Part shown: piece after piece, positions 10,211 through 21,259 of the stretch
Layout of the letters: the number at the start of each line of letters is the position of its first letter
Numbering within the stretch: position 1 is the stretch's first letter
NCBI GenBank assembly: GCA_009392515.1
Contig: VFGE01000030.1
Coordinates: forward strand, 1,633 to 65,632
Direction of reading: 5' to 3'
DNA: 64,000 bases
Source: SAR202 cluster bacterium
Lineage (GTDB): Bacteria > Chloroflexota > Dehalococcoidia > Lucifugimonadales > UBA6952
The notes under the pieces: generated by a model
The model's input: the letters and a program-made list of their open reading frames with translations, nothing else
What the model was told of the DNA's origin: nothing
The model's database searches: none
Made by a program: the position numbers and the translations under genes

Positions 10211-10634
10211 AAGAAAAAAAACCTATACAGCTAAAAGTGGATCTTTAGACCCAAATTGGCATTTAATTGATGCAACAGATCAACCTTTGGGTAGATTGGC
10301 TTCTAAAGTTGCCGTAATACTTCAGGGCAAAGATAAGCCAACATACACACCTAATTTATTGACAGGAGACTTTGTAGTTGTTATAAATGCCAAAGATATT
10401 GCTCTTACAGGAAATAAAATTGAGGACAAAGTTTATTATCATCATTCTGGCTATCCTGGGGGTCTTAAAGAAAGACCTTTGTCCAAGTTAATGGAAACGG
10501 TTCCAGAAAAAGTTATATACAATGCAGTAAAAGGAATGTTACCGAAGAATGCAATAGGTAGACAAATGTTTAAACGATTAAAAGTTTATCCTTCTCAAGA
10601 ACATCCACATAATTCACAAATTTCAAACAGTTAG
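10191..10634 (+). CDS. rplM: 50S ribosomal protein L13
   Basis: GRLASKVA, GDFVVVINA, HSGYPGG, KGMLPK. Confidence 0.98.
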   Translation: MNMTIIKRKKTYTAKSGSLDPNWHLIDATDQPLGRLASKVAVILQGKDKPTYTPNLLTGDFVVVINAKDIALTGNKIEDKVYYHHSGYPGGLKERPLSKLMETVPEKVIYNAVKGMLPKNAIGRQMFKRLKVYPSQEHPHNSQISNS

Positions 10635-10651
10635 AAATAGGAGACTTCATA

Positions 10652-11047
10652 ATGGCTAATGAACAGTATTACCATGGTGTTGGTAAAAGAAAAACATCTA
10701 TAGCACAGGTTAGATTATATAAAGAACCTGGTAGCGTAGTTGTCAATGGAAAACCTTTTACTGAGGCTTTTGGTTGGGATACATGGCAAACTATGATAAA
10801 TAGACCATTAGACGTCACAAATAATACGGGTAAGTGCAGCATTCAGGTAAAGGTTGCTGGCGGTGGTATAGTTAGCCAGGCTGGTGCAATTAGACATGGA
10901 ATTGCTAGAGCATTGGTAGCTATGGACGAGGAATTAAAACCAATTCTCAAAAAAAATGGGTTACTTACCAGAGATTCGAGAATCAAGGAACGAAAAAAAT
11001 ATGGGCTTAAACGCGCTCGTAAAGCTCAACAATATAGCAAGAGATAA
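10652..11047 (+). CDS. rpsI: 30S ribosomal protein S9
   Basis: GKRKTSIA, ERKKYGLKRARKAQQYSKR. Confidence 0.98.
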   Translation: MANEQYYHGVGKRKTSIAQVRLYKEPGSVVVNGKPFTEAFGWDTWQTMINRPLDVTNNTGKCSIQVKVAGGGIVSQAGAIRHGIARALVAMDEELKPILKKNGLLTRDSRIKERKKYGLKRARKAQQYSKR

Positions 11048-11071
11048 GTATAATTTTTATCAAAGATATTA

Positions 11072-12121
11072 CTATTTCGATTCGGTAATAATAGGATTAT
11101 AGTGAGGGTCTAATTCGTTAGCCATTGCTAAATAATAACTTATATGGTCACCAAGTGTTAATAAAGAAAACAGGTGCGTAAGTTTGTAATTACCAACTCC
11201 ATTTATCTCTCTATACAACAAGTCCTGTTTTTTCAATAAGCTTTTTAGTTGATTAAATTTTTTCTTTACTGATTCAGGATATAAATTTGATGTAAGTAAA
11301 ATAAAAAAGGGATTTGTTTGTTTAAAAACTTTTGATTGATAACCCTCAATAGAATTGTGAAACATTTCCGGTATATTATCTATTACAGCAATTGTTTTAC
11401 TATTTTCGTTTATTTGAGTTCTCCAACGGTTCGCTGTAGATGTAAGAAAATCCCCACTTATAATAATAGGAAGGCAGTTGAGAATTTTAGTACTAATATC
11501 CTTTGCTAGATTTTGCGAAGTTGGAATTCGAATTTGCAAACCATCAATCAAGGTTTCATTTATACTCAAACAGTCATTTATTTCTTCGTGATTAATATCA
11601 ATTAAGTTATTTTTTGAAAAAAAAGCGATAAGAGAACCTAGTACAAAGGATAAGGAGCTTCTTGCTTCGAGAGTGTTAGGTATTTCTATTAAAGGAATTT
11701 TTCGTTGCTTCGCTATATTAGTTAAATCTCCTCCTTGTGAAATGATTACTATACTAGCTTTTTGCTCAATTGAGTCATTAAACATTTTTATTGTTTCTTC
11801 TGTATTTCCTGAGTATGAACAAATAAATACCAAAGATTGCTCATTGATTGACTTAGGTGTATTCCATGTTTTAACTATTTGTGTAGGTAGCTTGAGTTGA
11901 TCTTTGACTAGATCTACAAATACTTCTCCGCCTATTCCTGATCCCCCCATTCCCATAAAGTAAATCGATGTAATATTGGGGTCAATCGCAATATTATTAA
12001 CATTTTTTGTATTAATTCCATCCTGAAATAATTCAGTTGAATTAGTTATTCTTTGGATATATTTTGTGGAATCGTATTTTTTATATATATTAAGCTGATC
12101 TAAATAATCTGAATTTCTCAA
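11072..12121 (-). CDS. Bifunctional phosphoglucose/phosphomannose isomerase (SIS fold, archaeal-type PGI/PMI)
   Basis: GMGGSGIGG, SYSGNTEET, RWRTQINENSK, PEMFHN motifs. Confidence 0.85.
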   Translation of the reverse strand: MRNSDYLDQLNIYKKYDSTKYIQRITNSTELFQDGINTKNVNNIAIDPNITSIYFMGMGGSGIGGEVFVDLVKDQLKLPTQIVKTWNTPKSINEQSLVFICSYSGNTEETIKMFNDSIEQKASIVIISQGGDLTNIAKQRKIPLIEIPNTLEARSSLSFVLGSLIAFFSKNNLIDINHEEINDCLSINETLIDGLQIRIPTSQNLAKDISTKILNCLPIIISGDFLTSTANRWRTQINENSKTIAVIDNIPEMFHNSIEGYQSKVFKQTNPFFILLTSNLYPESVKKKFNQLKSLLKKQDLLYREINGVGNYKLTHLFSLLTLGDHISYYLAMANELDPHYNPIITESK

Positions 12122-12128
12122 TAATCTC

Positions 12129-13529
12129 CTAACAAAATATGTAATCTTTTAACTCATTAATTATATTTGTAACTTCATGTTGGCTGTGCGATTCGGCATA
12201 AATTCTTATTAACGGTTCTGTTCCTGAAATTCGTATAGTACCCCAAGAATCATCTTTCAAGTAAAATTTAATACCATCCATATCAGAAGTAGATATAATT
12301 GATTTATTATCAATGCTTTCTATTGTTATATCTTGTAATTTTTTAACAATAATGGAATATTGCTTTGCTGTATAGCCAAAATCTGATCTGTCAAAAAATG
12401 TTCTACCAAATTTAGAATACATTTCATTTTTAAGTTGTTGTAAACTTTTTTTGCTTGTTGCTAATAATTCAAGGATTAGTAACGCGCTTATTATTCCATC
12501 TCTTTCAGGTACATGAAATTTAAAAGCATATCCTCCACTTTCTTCTCCAGCAATTAGTGCGTTTTGGGAAAGCATAGCCTCACATAAATGAGGAAATCCA
12601 ACAGCGGTTTCTATTATTGGGACATTGTAATATTTAGCTATTTTAGTAAATATACTTCCCATTGTTATAGAAGTAACAATCCCGCCTAATAATTTTTTAT
12701 TCTCAAATAAATGTAAAATAATAAGAGCAAAAGCTTCAGCGGTATTGATGTAATTTCCTTGACCGTCAAATAACCCAAGTCGATCAGCATCTCCATCAAA
12801 AGCAATTCCGAGATCATATTTATTCTCTAATAGTTGTGTTTGCATTTCCTCGAGATTTTTGGGTATAGGCTCTGGTTGGTTGATATCTGGAAATGAGGGG
12901 TTAGGATCTTTATGCAATTCAATGACATTTCCTCGATTATTATTAAAGAAATCGTCTAAAAAACCTATTCCTGCTCCATACATATAGTCTACAAGAATAT
13001 TTATTTTACTTGAATTAATTAACTCCAAATCAACGAAATTTTTTATATTGTCGATATAATTTGGTTTTGGATCAAAATTTGTTAATAGATTGTTTTTAGA
13101 TTTAGTTAAGATATTAGAGTTTACTTTAGATATTTCTTCTTCTACTTGCTTAATCACGTCTAAAGAAGCACTTCCACCATATTCAGACTTGTACTTTATT
13201 CCATTCCAGTTATAAGGATTGTGGCTTGATGTAACTATTAAAGCCCCACCTGCGTTTTTATCGATTACGCTAAAACTAAGAGATGGTGTTGGAGAAAATG
13301 TATTGGACAAGATGCAAGGTATTGAATTGGCGGTCAATATCTTCGCTATTTCCTTGGCATAAAAATTAGAATCTTTTCTTGTGTCGTATCCAACTATAAT
13401 TGGTTTATTGTTTTGATTTGTATTAATCAAGTAATTTGATAGACCTTGAATACATTCTCTAACTGTTTGGATATTAAATCCTTGGCCCATAATGTCACGC
13501 CAGCCATCTGTTCCAAATTTAATTTCCAA
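12129..13529 (-). CDS. Phosphoglucomutase/phosphomannomutase family protein
   Basis: FGTDGWR, TSSHNP phospho-Ser loop, DGDADR, GEESGG, RISGTEP. Confidence 0.92.
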   Translation of the reverse strand: MEIKFGTDGWRDIMGQGFNIQTVRECIQGLSNYLINTNQNNKPIIVGYDTRKDSNFYAKEIAKILTANSIPCILSNTFSPTPSLSFSVIDKNAGGALIVTSSHNPYNWNGIKYKSEYGGSASLDVIKQVEEEISKVNSNILTKSKNNLLTNFDPKPNYIDNIKNFVDLELINSSKINILVDYMYGAGIGFLDDFFNNNRGNVIELHKDPNPSFPDINQPEPIPKNLEEMQTQLLENKYDLGIAFDGDADRLGLFDGQGNYINTAEAFALIILHLFENKKLLGGIVTSITMGSIFTKIAKYYNVPIIETAVGFPHLCEAMLSQNALIAGEESGGYAFKFHVPERDGIISALLILELLATSKKSLQQLKNEMYSKFGRTFFDRSDFGYTAKQYSIIVKKLQDITIESIDNKSIISTSDMDGIKFYLKDDSWGTIRISGTEPLIRIYAESHSQHEVTNIINELKDYIFC

Positions 13530-13537
13530 AATGTCTC

Positions 13538-14740
13538 CTATAATTGCTCTTTTATTAATTTGGCAATATCAGTTGATTCCCAAGGCAAATCTAAGTCTTC
13601 TCTACCAAAATGTCCATAAGAAGCTGTGGGGGTATAAATAGGATTTCTGAGATTCATATTATTAATTATTGCCTGGGGCCTAAGATCAAAGTATGTGTTA
13701 ACAATTTCAGATATCTTTTGATCAGAAAGATGTGATGTTCCAAAAGTTTCCACACTTACGGATATGGGTTTTGCCATACCGATTGCATATGAAATTTGTA
13801 CTTCTGCTCTTTCTGCAATACCAGCAGCAACTAAATTTTTTGCCACATGTCTTGCTGCGTATGCACCAGATCTATCAACTTTTGTAGGATCTTTTCCGGA
13901 AAAAGCTCCCCCACCATGGCGGGCACTACCACCATAGGTGTCTACTAAAATCTTTCTACCTGTAAGTCCAGTATCAGCATTAGGCCCTCCTAATACAAAA
14001 AGACCCGATGGATTGATTTTTATTTCAGTAAATTCATCAATTAAAGATTCGGGTATAATGGGCTTGATTACATTTGATCGTAATTCTTTTTCTAGTTGGT
14101 CAGCTTTAACTTCTGGGCTATGTTGAGCAGAAACGATAATAGTGTGAATTCTTTTCGGTTTTCCCTGCGAGTATTCTACTGTAACCTGCGATTTTCCATC
14201 TGGCCTTAAATAATTTAAAGTGGAATTTTTCCGAACTTCAGCAAGTCTTTTTGTTAATTTGTGAGCTAGAGAGATTGGTAATGGCATTAGTTCGGGGGTT
14301 TCATTACATGCATACCCTACCATCATTCCCTGATCTCCTGCTCCAATGGTTTCATTTTCATTCTCATTTTTTGATTCTCGTGCTTCTAGAGATTTACTAA
14401 CAGCAGAAGAAATTTCTGGAGATTGTTCTTTTACTGAAACCATAACACCACATGTGTTGTAATCTATTCCAAATTCAGCATTAGTATAACCAATATTTTT
14501 TAGTGTTGATCGCACAATATCAGGAATATCCACATATGTTTTAGTAGTCATTTCGCCCATAATAATTACTAATCCTGTAGTTACGCATGTTTCACACGCT
14601 ACTCTTGCATTGGGATCTTGTGCTAATACTGAGTCTAAAATTGCATCAGATATTTGATCACAAACCTTATCAGGATGGCCTTCTGTTACAGATTCAGATG
14701 TAAACAAAAAACTATTGGAATCGTTAAAAGTAGATACCAT
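13538..14740 (-). CDS. metK: S-adenosylmethionine synthetase
   Basis: [25 protein letters not shown]. Confidence 0.98.
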   Translation of the reverse strand: MVSTFNDSNSFLFTSESVTEGHPDKVCDQISDAILDSVLAQDPNARVACETCVTTGLVIIMGEMTTKTYVDIPDIVRSTLKNIGYTNAEFGIDYNTCGVMVSVKEQSPEISSAVSKSLEARESKNENENETIGAGDQGMMVGYACNETPELMPLPISLAHKLTKRLAEVRKNSTLNYLRPDGKSQVTVEYSQGKPKRIHTIIVSAQHSPEVKADQLEKELRSNVIKPIIPESLIDEFTEIKINPSGLFVLGGPNADTGLTGRKILVDTYGGSARHGGGAFSGKDPTKVDRSGAYAARHVAKNLVAAGIAERAEVQISYAIGMAKPISVSVETFGTSHLSDQKISEIVNTYFDLRPQAIINNMNLRNPIYTPTASYGHFGREDLDLPWESTDIAKLIKEQL

Positions 14741-14752
14741 ATCTCTCTCTTT

Positions 14753-16021
14753 CTACGTACCTGTGGTCCAGCTATGTAAGTATTTAATTTGTTCTTGAGT
14801 TAAATTGTCTATAGATACACCCATAGTAGATAATTTTAGTCTCCCTATTTCTTCATCTATTTCTTTTGGTACGTCATGGACTGAAATTGATAATGATTTA
14901 TTGAATTTAATGATATGTTCTACACATAATGCCTGATTAGCAAAACTCATATCCATTACACTAGAAGGATGGCCTTCAGCAGCGGCAAGATTTACCAAGC
15001 GGCCTTCCGCAAGTAAATTTATCTTTTTATCATTTACAGTATATTGTTCGATATATTGTCTTGTGAGTTTAGAAGATAAGGATATTTCTTGTAGTCCTGG
15101 TATATTAATTTCAACATTAAAATGCCCACTATTAGCTATAATTGCTCCGTCTTTCATATTTAACATATGATTTGTGTCAATTGCCTTAATACCTCCAGTG
15201 GCTGTGATAAACACATCTCCAACAACTGAAGCTTCCTCCATAGGCATTACGGAAAAACCATCCATTATTGCTTCTAAAGCTCTTGTGGGATTAACTTCAG
15301 TGACTATAACATTGGAACCTAATCCTCTAGCTCTTGAAGCAATACCTCTTCCACACCATCCATAGCCGGCAACCACAACTTTTCTACCAGACCAGAGTAT
15401 ATTTGTTGCTCTAGTTATTCCGTCTAATGTGCTTTGACCTGTTCCATATCGATTATCAAAAAGATGTTTTGTAGCCGCTTCATTTACTGCAATTATTGGA
15501 TATATTAATTTATTTTCACTTGATAAGGCTTTTAATCGTATAACTCCTGTAGTTGTTTCTTCAGTACCTCCAATGATTGAATTACTGTATTCTTTCGGAT
15601 TGTTATGTATTACTGATACTAAATCTGCCCCGTCATCCATAGTTATATTTGGCTTATACGACAAGGTTGCTTTTATATGTTCATAATATTTGTCATTATT
15701 TTCACCTTTGATTGCGAATGTTGATATCCCATATTCATTGACTAAAGCAGCAGCAACATCGTCTTGTGTACTTAAAGGGTTGCTAGCGCAAAGCAATACG
15801 TTTGCCCCCCCACTCTTTAAGGTAATCATTAAATTTGCAGTTTCTGTGGTTACATGTAGGCAGGCAGCTATGGTTATCCCTTTTAAGGGTTTTTCATTAA
15901 CAAACCTTGTTTTGATTGAGTTAAGCACAGGCATATCTGTTGATGCCCAATTAATTCTTTCAATTCCAACATCAGATAATTTGTGGTCTGCTATATCATT
16001 TGGTGTTAAATTAGATGCCAT
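14753..16021 (-). CDS. ahcY: Adenosylhomocysteinase (short form)
   Basis: ACLHVT, SNPLSTQD, EETTTG, KHLFDNRYGTGQS, GHPSSVMDMSF. Confidence 0.97.
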   Translation of the reverse strand: MASNLTPNDIADHKLSDVGIERINWASTDMPVLNSIKTRFVNEKPLKGITIAACLHVTTETANLMITLKSGGANVLLCASNPLSTQDDVAAALVNEYGISTFAIKGENNDKYYEHIKATLSYKPNITMDDGADLVSVIHNNPKEYSNSIIGGTEETTTGVIRLKALSSENKLIYPIIAVNEAATKHLFDNRYGTGQSTLDGITRATNILWSGRKVVVAGYGWCGRGIASRARGLGSNVIVTEVNPTRALEAIMDGFSVMPMEEASVVGDVFITATGGIKAIDTNHMLNMKDGAIIANSGHFNVEINIPGLQEISLSSKLTRQYIEQYTVNDKKINLLAEGRLVNLAAAEGHPSSVMDMSFANQALCVEHIIKFNKSLSISVHDVPKEIDEEIGRLKLSTMGVSIDNLTQEQIKYLHSWTTGT

Positions 16022-16119
16022 TCATCTCTCCTATGGAAAACTTCCGCACATGTATATGATAGTATATTTAATAACTATTTTAGTTGGACTATTATTTTCT
16101 TTTTCATGTCATAAAAAAG

Positions 16120-16431
16120 CTAAGACTTATCAGTTGGTTCTTTTTTAGTAGTAGTGGCTTTTTTAGCAGTAGTTTTTTTAGCAGTAGTTTTTTTAGTAGT
16201 AGTAGTAGCTTTTTTAGTAGTAGCTTTTTTAGTAGTAGTTTTTTTGGCAACACTAGGTTTTTTAGCAGTAGTAGGTTTTGTAACTTCAGCGACTGTTTCT
16301 AAATTATTAACACGAGAGGTTCGTGTTGGAACTCTAGTTTTTACAACTGGATTTTCTAACCTTGTTTTTATCTGTAGTTTATTAGCCCTTTTTCGTCTTT
16401 TCATCAAAGATACGCGTTTTGTTTTATTCAC
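16120..16431 (-). CDS. Basic Lys/Thr/Ala-repeat, histone-H1-like protein
   Basis: Basic N-terminus MNKTKRVSLMKRRKRANK plus KKTT/KKAT repeats; GAGG upstream of start. Confidence 0.7.
   Translation of the reverse strand: MNKTKRVSLMKRRKRANKLQIKTRLENPVVKTRVPTRTSRVNNLETVAEVTKPTTAKKPSVAKKTTTKKATTKKATTTTKKTTAKKTTAKKATTTKKEPTDKS
16136..16270 (-). repeat. Low-complexity coding repeat (KKxTT-type units)
   Basis: Plus-strand runs such as tttttagtagtag and tttttagcagtag recur through this interval. Confidence 0.85.
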
Positions 16432-16460
16432 GATTGATTACCTCACTTCTAGTTAATTAA

Positions 16461-16796
16461 TTACTCTGCTGGGTAGCCCTTGGCTATCCAAGAGGGAGTT
16501 CCTTCTTCTATATTAAACAGTCTTTCTGATTCTATACCAACAGATGCTGCTAATTCACACGCCAAGGCACTTCTTACTCCTGCTGCACAAATGAATAATA
16601 ATGACCCAGAATCTGGCAGTTGATCAACTTTAGAAAGAATTTCATCAACTGGTATATGTATTGCATTCTTAACATGGCCACTATCCCATTCGTCTTGTTG
16701 CCTAACATCAACAACTGTACATTCTTCACTATCAATTTTTTCTTTTGCTTTATCTATAGTGATTCTTTGGAATGGTTCCCCTGTATTAGAACTCAT
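16461..16796 (-). CDS. Single-domain rhodanese/sulfurtransferase
   Basis: VVDVRQQDEWDSGHVKNAIHIP; active-site loop CAAGVRS. Confidence 0.88.
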   Translation of the reverse strand: MSSNTGEPFQRITIDKAKEKIDSEECTVVDVRQQDEWDSGHVKNAIHIPVDEILSKVDQLPDSGSLLFICAAGVRSALACELAASVGIESERLFNIEEGTPSWIAKGYPAE

Positions 16797-16827
16797 AAAA
16801 TTCTCCTTTTATTATTTATAAACTTCA

Positions 16828-17847
16828 CTAAAAAGTATTATTGAATGGTGGATATATTATACCAGACTCGGTAATAAATCCAGAAATATTTTCATGTGGG
16901 GTTATATCTGTTGTTATATTTGTCACAGAGATGGACTTAGGTGCTATCTCTGAATCATTAATATGTATAACTTCATTTCTGTTGCGTTCTTCGATTGGCA
17001 ATGAAGCTCCGTTTGCTGATTCTATATCAATTATTGATGTCGGGGCGGCAACATAAAATGGAACATTGTTTTGCTTCGCGATTACGCTTAGAGAATAAGT
17101 TCCTATTTCATTTGCAAAATCGCCATTTTTAGCTATCCTTTGAGCTCCTACAATAACAGAATCTATTTTTTTATTTATCATCATAAAACCTGCTGCTGAA
17201 TCGACAATTAAGTTTGTTGGTATGCCTAGTTGTGCTAATTCCCAAGTAGTAAGTCTTGCCCCATGTAAGAATGGCCTAGTTTCTGTGACGACCACATTGA
17301 TATTTTTCTTGGATTCATGGGCTTTTCGTATTATACCTAGAGCTGTCCCATATCCTGAAGTTGATAGTGCACCAGTATTACCATGGGTTAATATTGTTTG
17401 TCCGGTAGATATTAGATTTTCACCTAAATTTACTATTCGATAGTTAATTGATAGATCCTCTTTATGTATTTTTTCTGCTTCTTTTTGCACAAAATCTTTC
17501 ATTTCTTGCACAGTTGAGAGTGAATTTAATTTATCAAAAATTTTATATGTAACTTTTAATAAGCTATCCATAGATGGTCGAGAATTTATAATTTCATGAA
17601 TGACATTTTCTAGATATTCTAAAAATTTTTGAACATCATTAGTAGAAACACTCTTTGCAGCTAAAGTTAAAGCATATGCAGCTGCAATGCTAAGTATAGA
17701 TCCACCTCTAATAGACATAGATTTAATACTGTCTAGTACATCAATATAGTTGTTAGCAATAATCACTGCTTGTTCTTTTGGAAGTTTAGTCTGGTCAAGT
17801 ATTTTTAATCGTTCATTTGACCATTCTAAAGGGTAAATTTCTGGCAT
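16828..17847 (-). CDS. MtnA/eIF-2B family protein with substituted catalytic residues (probable pseudoenzyme)
   Basis: Aligns along its length to methylthioribose-1-P isomerase (LDQTKLP, GYGTALG, ETRP..GARLT.WEL, IEER, DITP) but reads THGN, GAQR, ANEIG. Confidence 0.85.
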   Translation of the reverse strand: MPEIYPLEWSNERLKILDQTKLPKEQAVIIANNYIDVLDSIKSMSIRGGSILSIAAAYALTLAAKSVSTNDVQKFLEYLENVIHEIINSRPSMDSLLKVTYKIFDKLNSLSTVQEMKDFVQKEAEKIHKEDLSINYRIVNLGENLISTGQTILTHGNTGALSTSGYGTALGIIRKAHESKKNINVVVTETRPFLHGARLTTWELAQLGIPTNLIVDSAAGFMMINKKIDSVIVGAQRIAKNGDFANEIGTYSLSVIAKQNNVPFYVAAPTSIIDIESANGASLPIEERNRNEVIHINDSEIAPKSISVTNITTDITPHENISGFITESGIIYPPFNNTF

Positions 17848-17859
17848 ATCTCCCTTTCT

Positions 17860-18915
17860 CTAATATACAACAATAGATCTCCCAAGAATTTCCCCATTAG
17901 AAAGTGATTGGTATGCTTCATTAATTTCATCAAATTTATATCGTTTGGTGATTAGTTTGTCGAGAGGGAACTGCCCATTTTTATACCAATCTAGGAACAT
18001 GGGGAAATCGGTATCAGGATATGTAGCCCCTAAACTTCCTTTGTAAAGTCTTTGCCCACCAACAAACAATCTGGGTGGAATGGACATTGTGTGATTCCCG
18101 TGTGGCAATCCTATTAAGACAGCTGTTCCTCCAAGATTATTTGCTCCAGAACCGCCTGATCTTGTAGATTCAAGAATTTGCTCATTAGTGATTTTCACAC
18201 CAATTGCATCGAATGCGTAATCTACTCCTCCATTTGTGATGTCTTTAATTTGTTCAATTGGATCGTTTTGAGAAGCATTGATTAAATGTGTTGCTCCAAA
18301 TTCTTGCGCAAATTTTAATTTTTCATCATCTAGGTCAACTGCAATTACTGGATTTGCTTTGCTAATAGAAGCAGCTTGTATGGCGCATAATCCAACTCCG
18401 CCAACTCCAAATACTGCAACTGATTCCCCAGGTTTTACTTGTGCGGTATTTATTACTGCCCCCGCACCTGTTAAAACTGCACATCCAACAATACAGGATA
18501 TATCTGTTGGATATTCCTTATCAATCGGTACAACATAATCACTATTTGTTAATACATCTTCTCCTAATGTGTAAACATTTCCATTAACCGGGATTTCATG
18601 ATATGAAGCACCACTAAGTTCGGCAGGTATAGACCCTTGTGTTTCGACCCGCTTAACCCATGTAACGATTACATGGTCTCCTTCAGAAACATGAGAAACA
18701 TTTTTTCCTGTTTTTGTGACAAATCCAGTGCCTTCATGACCAAGCACAAGTGGTCTAGGGAGGTTTGGATTTGCCATTTGGTGAAGTTGGGAATGGCATA
18801 CACCGCTAGAATACATTTTTACTATTACTTGGTTTTCTCTAGGATCAGGAATTTCTAAATCTACAAGTTCCAAAGGTCCATCTAAGGTGAATTGAACAGC
18901 TGCTTTTGTTTTCAA
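17860..18915 (-). CDS. Zinc-dependent medium-chain alcohol dehydrogenase
   Basis: GVCHS, LGHEG, GCAVLTG, GVGGVG; TTG start with AAGGAG. Confidence 0.88.
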   Translation of the reverse strand: MKTKAAVQFTLDGPLELVDLEIPDPRENQVIVKMYSSGVCHSQLHQMANPNLPRPLVLGHEGTGFVTKTGKNVSHVSEGDHVIVTWVKRVETQGSIPAELSGASYHEIPVNGNVYTLGEDVLTNSDYVVPIDKEYPTDISCIVGCAVLTGAGAVINTAQVKPGESVAVFGVGGVGLCAIQAASISKANPVIAVDLDDEKLKFAQEFGATHLINASQNDPIEQIKDITNGGVDYAFDAIGVKITNEQILESTRSGGSGANNLGGTAVLIGLPHGNHTMSIPPRLFVGGQRLYKGSLGATYPDTDFPMFLDWYKNGQFPLDKLITKRYKFDEINEAYQSLSNGEILGRSIVVY

Positions 18916-19041
18916 ATTAACTCCTTGTAAAAATAAAATTGCATGTAAATTATGACTGAGGAATTTGGGATCATCATTATAACATAAAAAGTCTGGTTTT
19001 AATCTATTTTGTTGTTATTGGAGGCGTTAATTTTTCTAATC

Positions 19042-19070
19042 TTGACACAACTTTATATAGGTAATAATAT
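19042..19070 (+). promoter_or_regulatory. Sigma70-type promoter of groESL
   Basis: TTGACA-N17-TAATAT. Confidence 0.65.
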
Positions 19071-19147
19071 ATCAGTCTGATCAGCTAGTGGAGTGTCCGT
19101 TTGCTGATTTTGTACGCAAAGTTGTTATTGTATTTAAGGAGGAAAAT

Positions 19148-19441
19148 GTGAACCGATCTTTTCAACCACTTGGCGATAGAGTAGTTGTAAAACCTATCGA
19201 GAAAGAAGAAGTAACTAGTTCAGGGTTAGTGCTACCAGATACTGCAAAAGAGAAACCACAGGAAGGTGAAATTGTTGCAGTGGGAAGAGGTAGGGTAACA
19301 GATGATGGTAAAACTATTGAACTTGAAGTAAAAGTTGGAGATATAGTTGTATATTCAAAGTACGCTGGAACTGAACTCAAAGAAGAAGGCGAGGATTATT
19401 TAGTACTCAGGGAGTCAGATATACTTGCTAAAGTAGGATAA
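19148..19441 (+). CDS. groES: Co-chaperonin GroES (start GTG 19148)
   Basis: [33 protein letters not shown]; AAGGAGG RBS. Confidence 0.97.
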   Translation: MNRSFQPLGDRVVVKPIEKEEVTSSGLVLPDTAKEKPQEGEIVAVGRGRVTDDGKTIELEVKVGDIVVYSKYAGTELKEEGEDYLVLRESDILAKVG

Positions 19442-19465
19442 TTCATTAGGTAATAGAAAAAATAA

Positions 19466-21097
<1,632 letters not shown>

Positions 21098-21123
21098 TAC
21101 ACTGGATTAACAATAAATACATC

Positions 21124-21161
21124 AATAGAGGGTACTCAAAATATTATGAGTACCCTCTATT
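21124..21161 (+). terminator. 15-bp stem hairpin after groEL
   Basis: aatagagggtactca-N8-tgagtaccctctatt perfect inverted repeat. Confidence 0.8.
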
Positions 21162-21259
21162 TGTAAAAAACGTCTTTATTATTCATGTTCTTTTATTGTA
21201 AATAACAATTTGCTGAGTGATACTATCAGGCAATAAAGAAAAAGCAGTGGAGGATTTAT

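Noticed and set aside
16022-16119. SAH/SAM riboswitch upstream of ahcY-metK
   Set aside because: 98-nt AT-rich spacer without the SAM-I or SAH core motifs or a terminator
16154-16456. Plus-strand ORF rich in VVFL/VVAF resembling a membrane protein (also 16084-16302, Ser/Phe-rich)
   Set aside because: Antisense shadows of the KKTT/KKAT repeat; the minus-strand ORF has an RBS and fits the operon direction
19073-19108. Possible CIRCE element upstream of groES
   Set aside because: Only GAGTG of the right arm matches; the left arm is absent
21121-21170. 'accctctat...aaaaaa' resembling a preQ1 riboswitch 3' end
   Set aside because: It is the right arm of a perfect 15-bp terminator hairpin; no queuosine gene downstream
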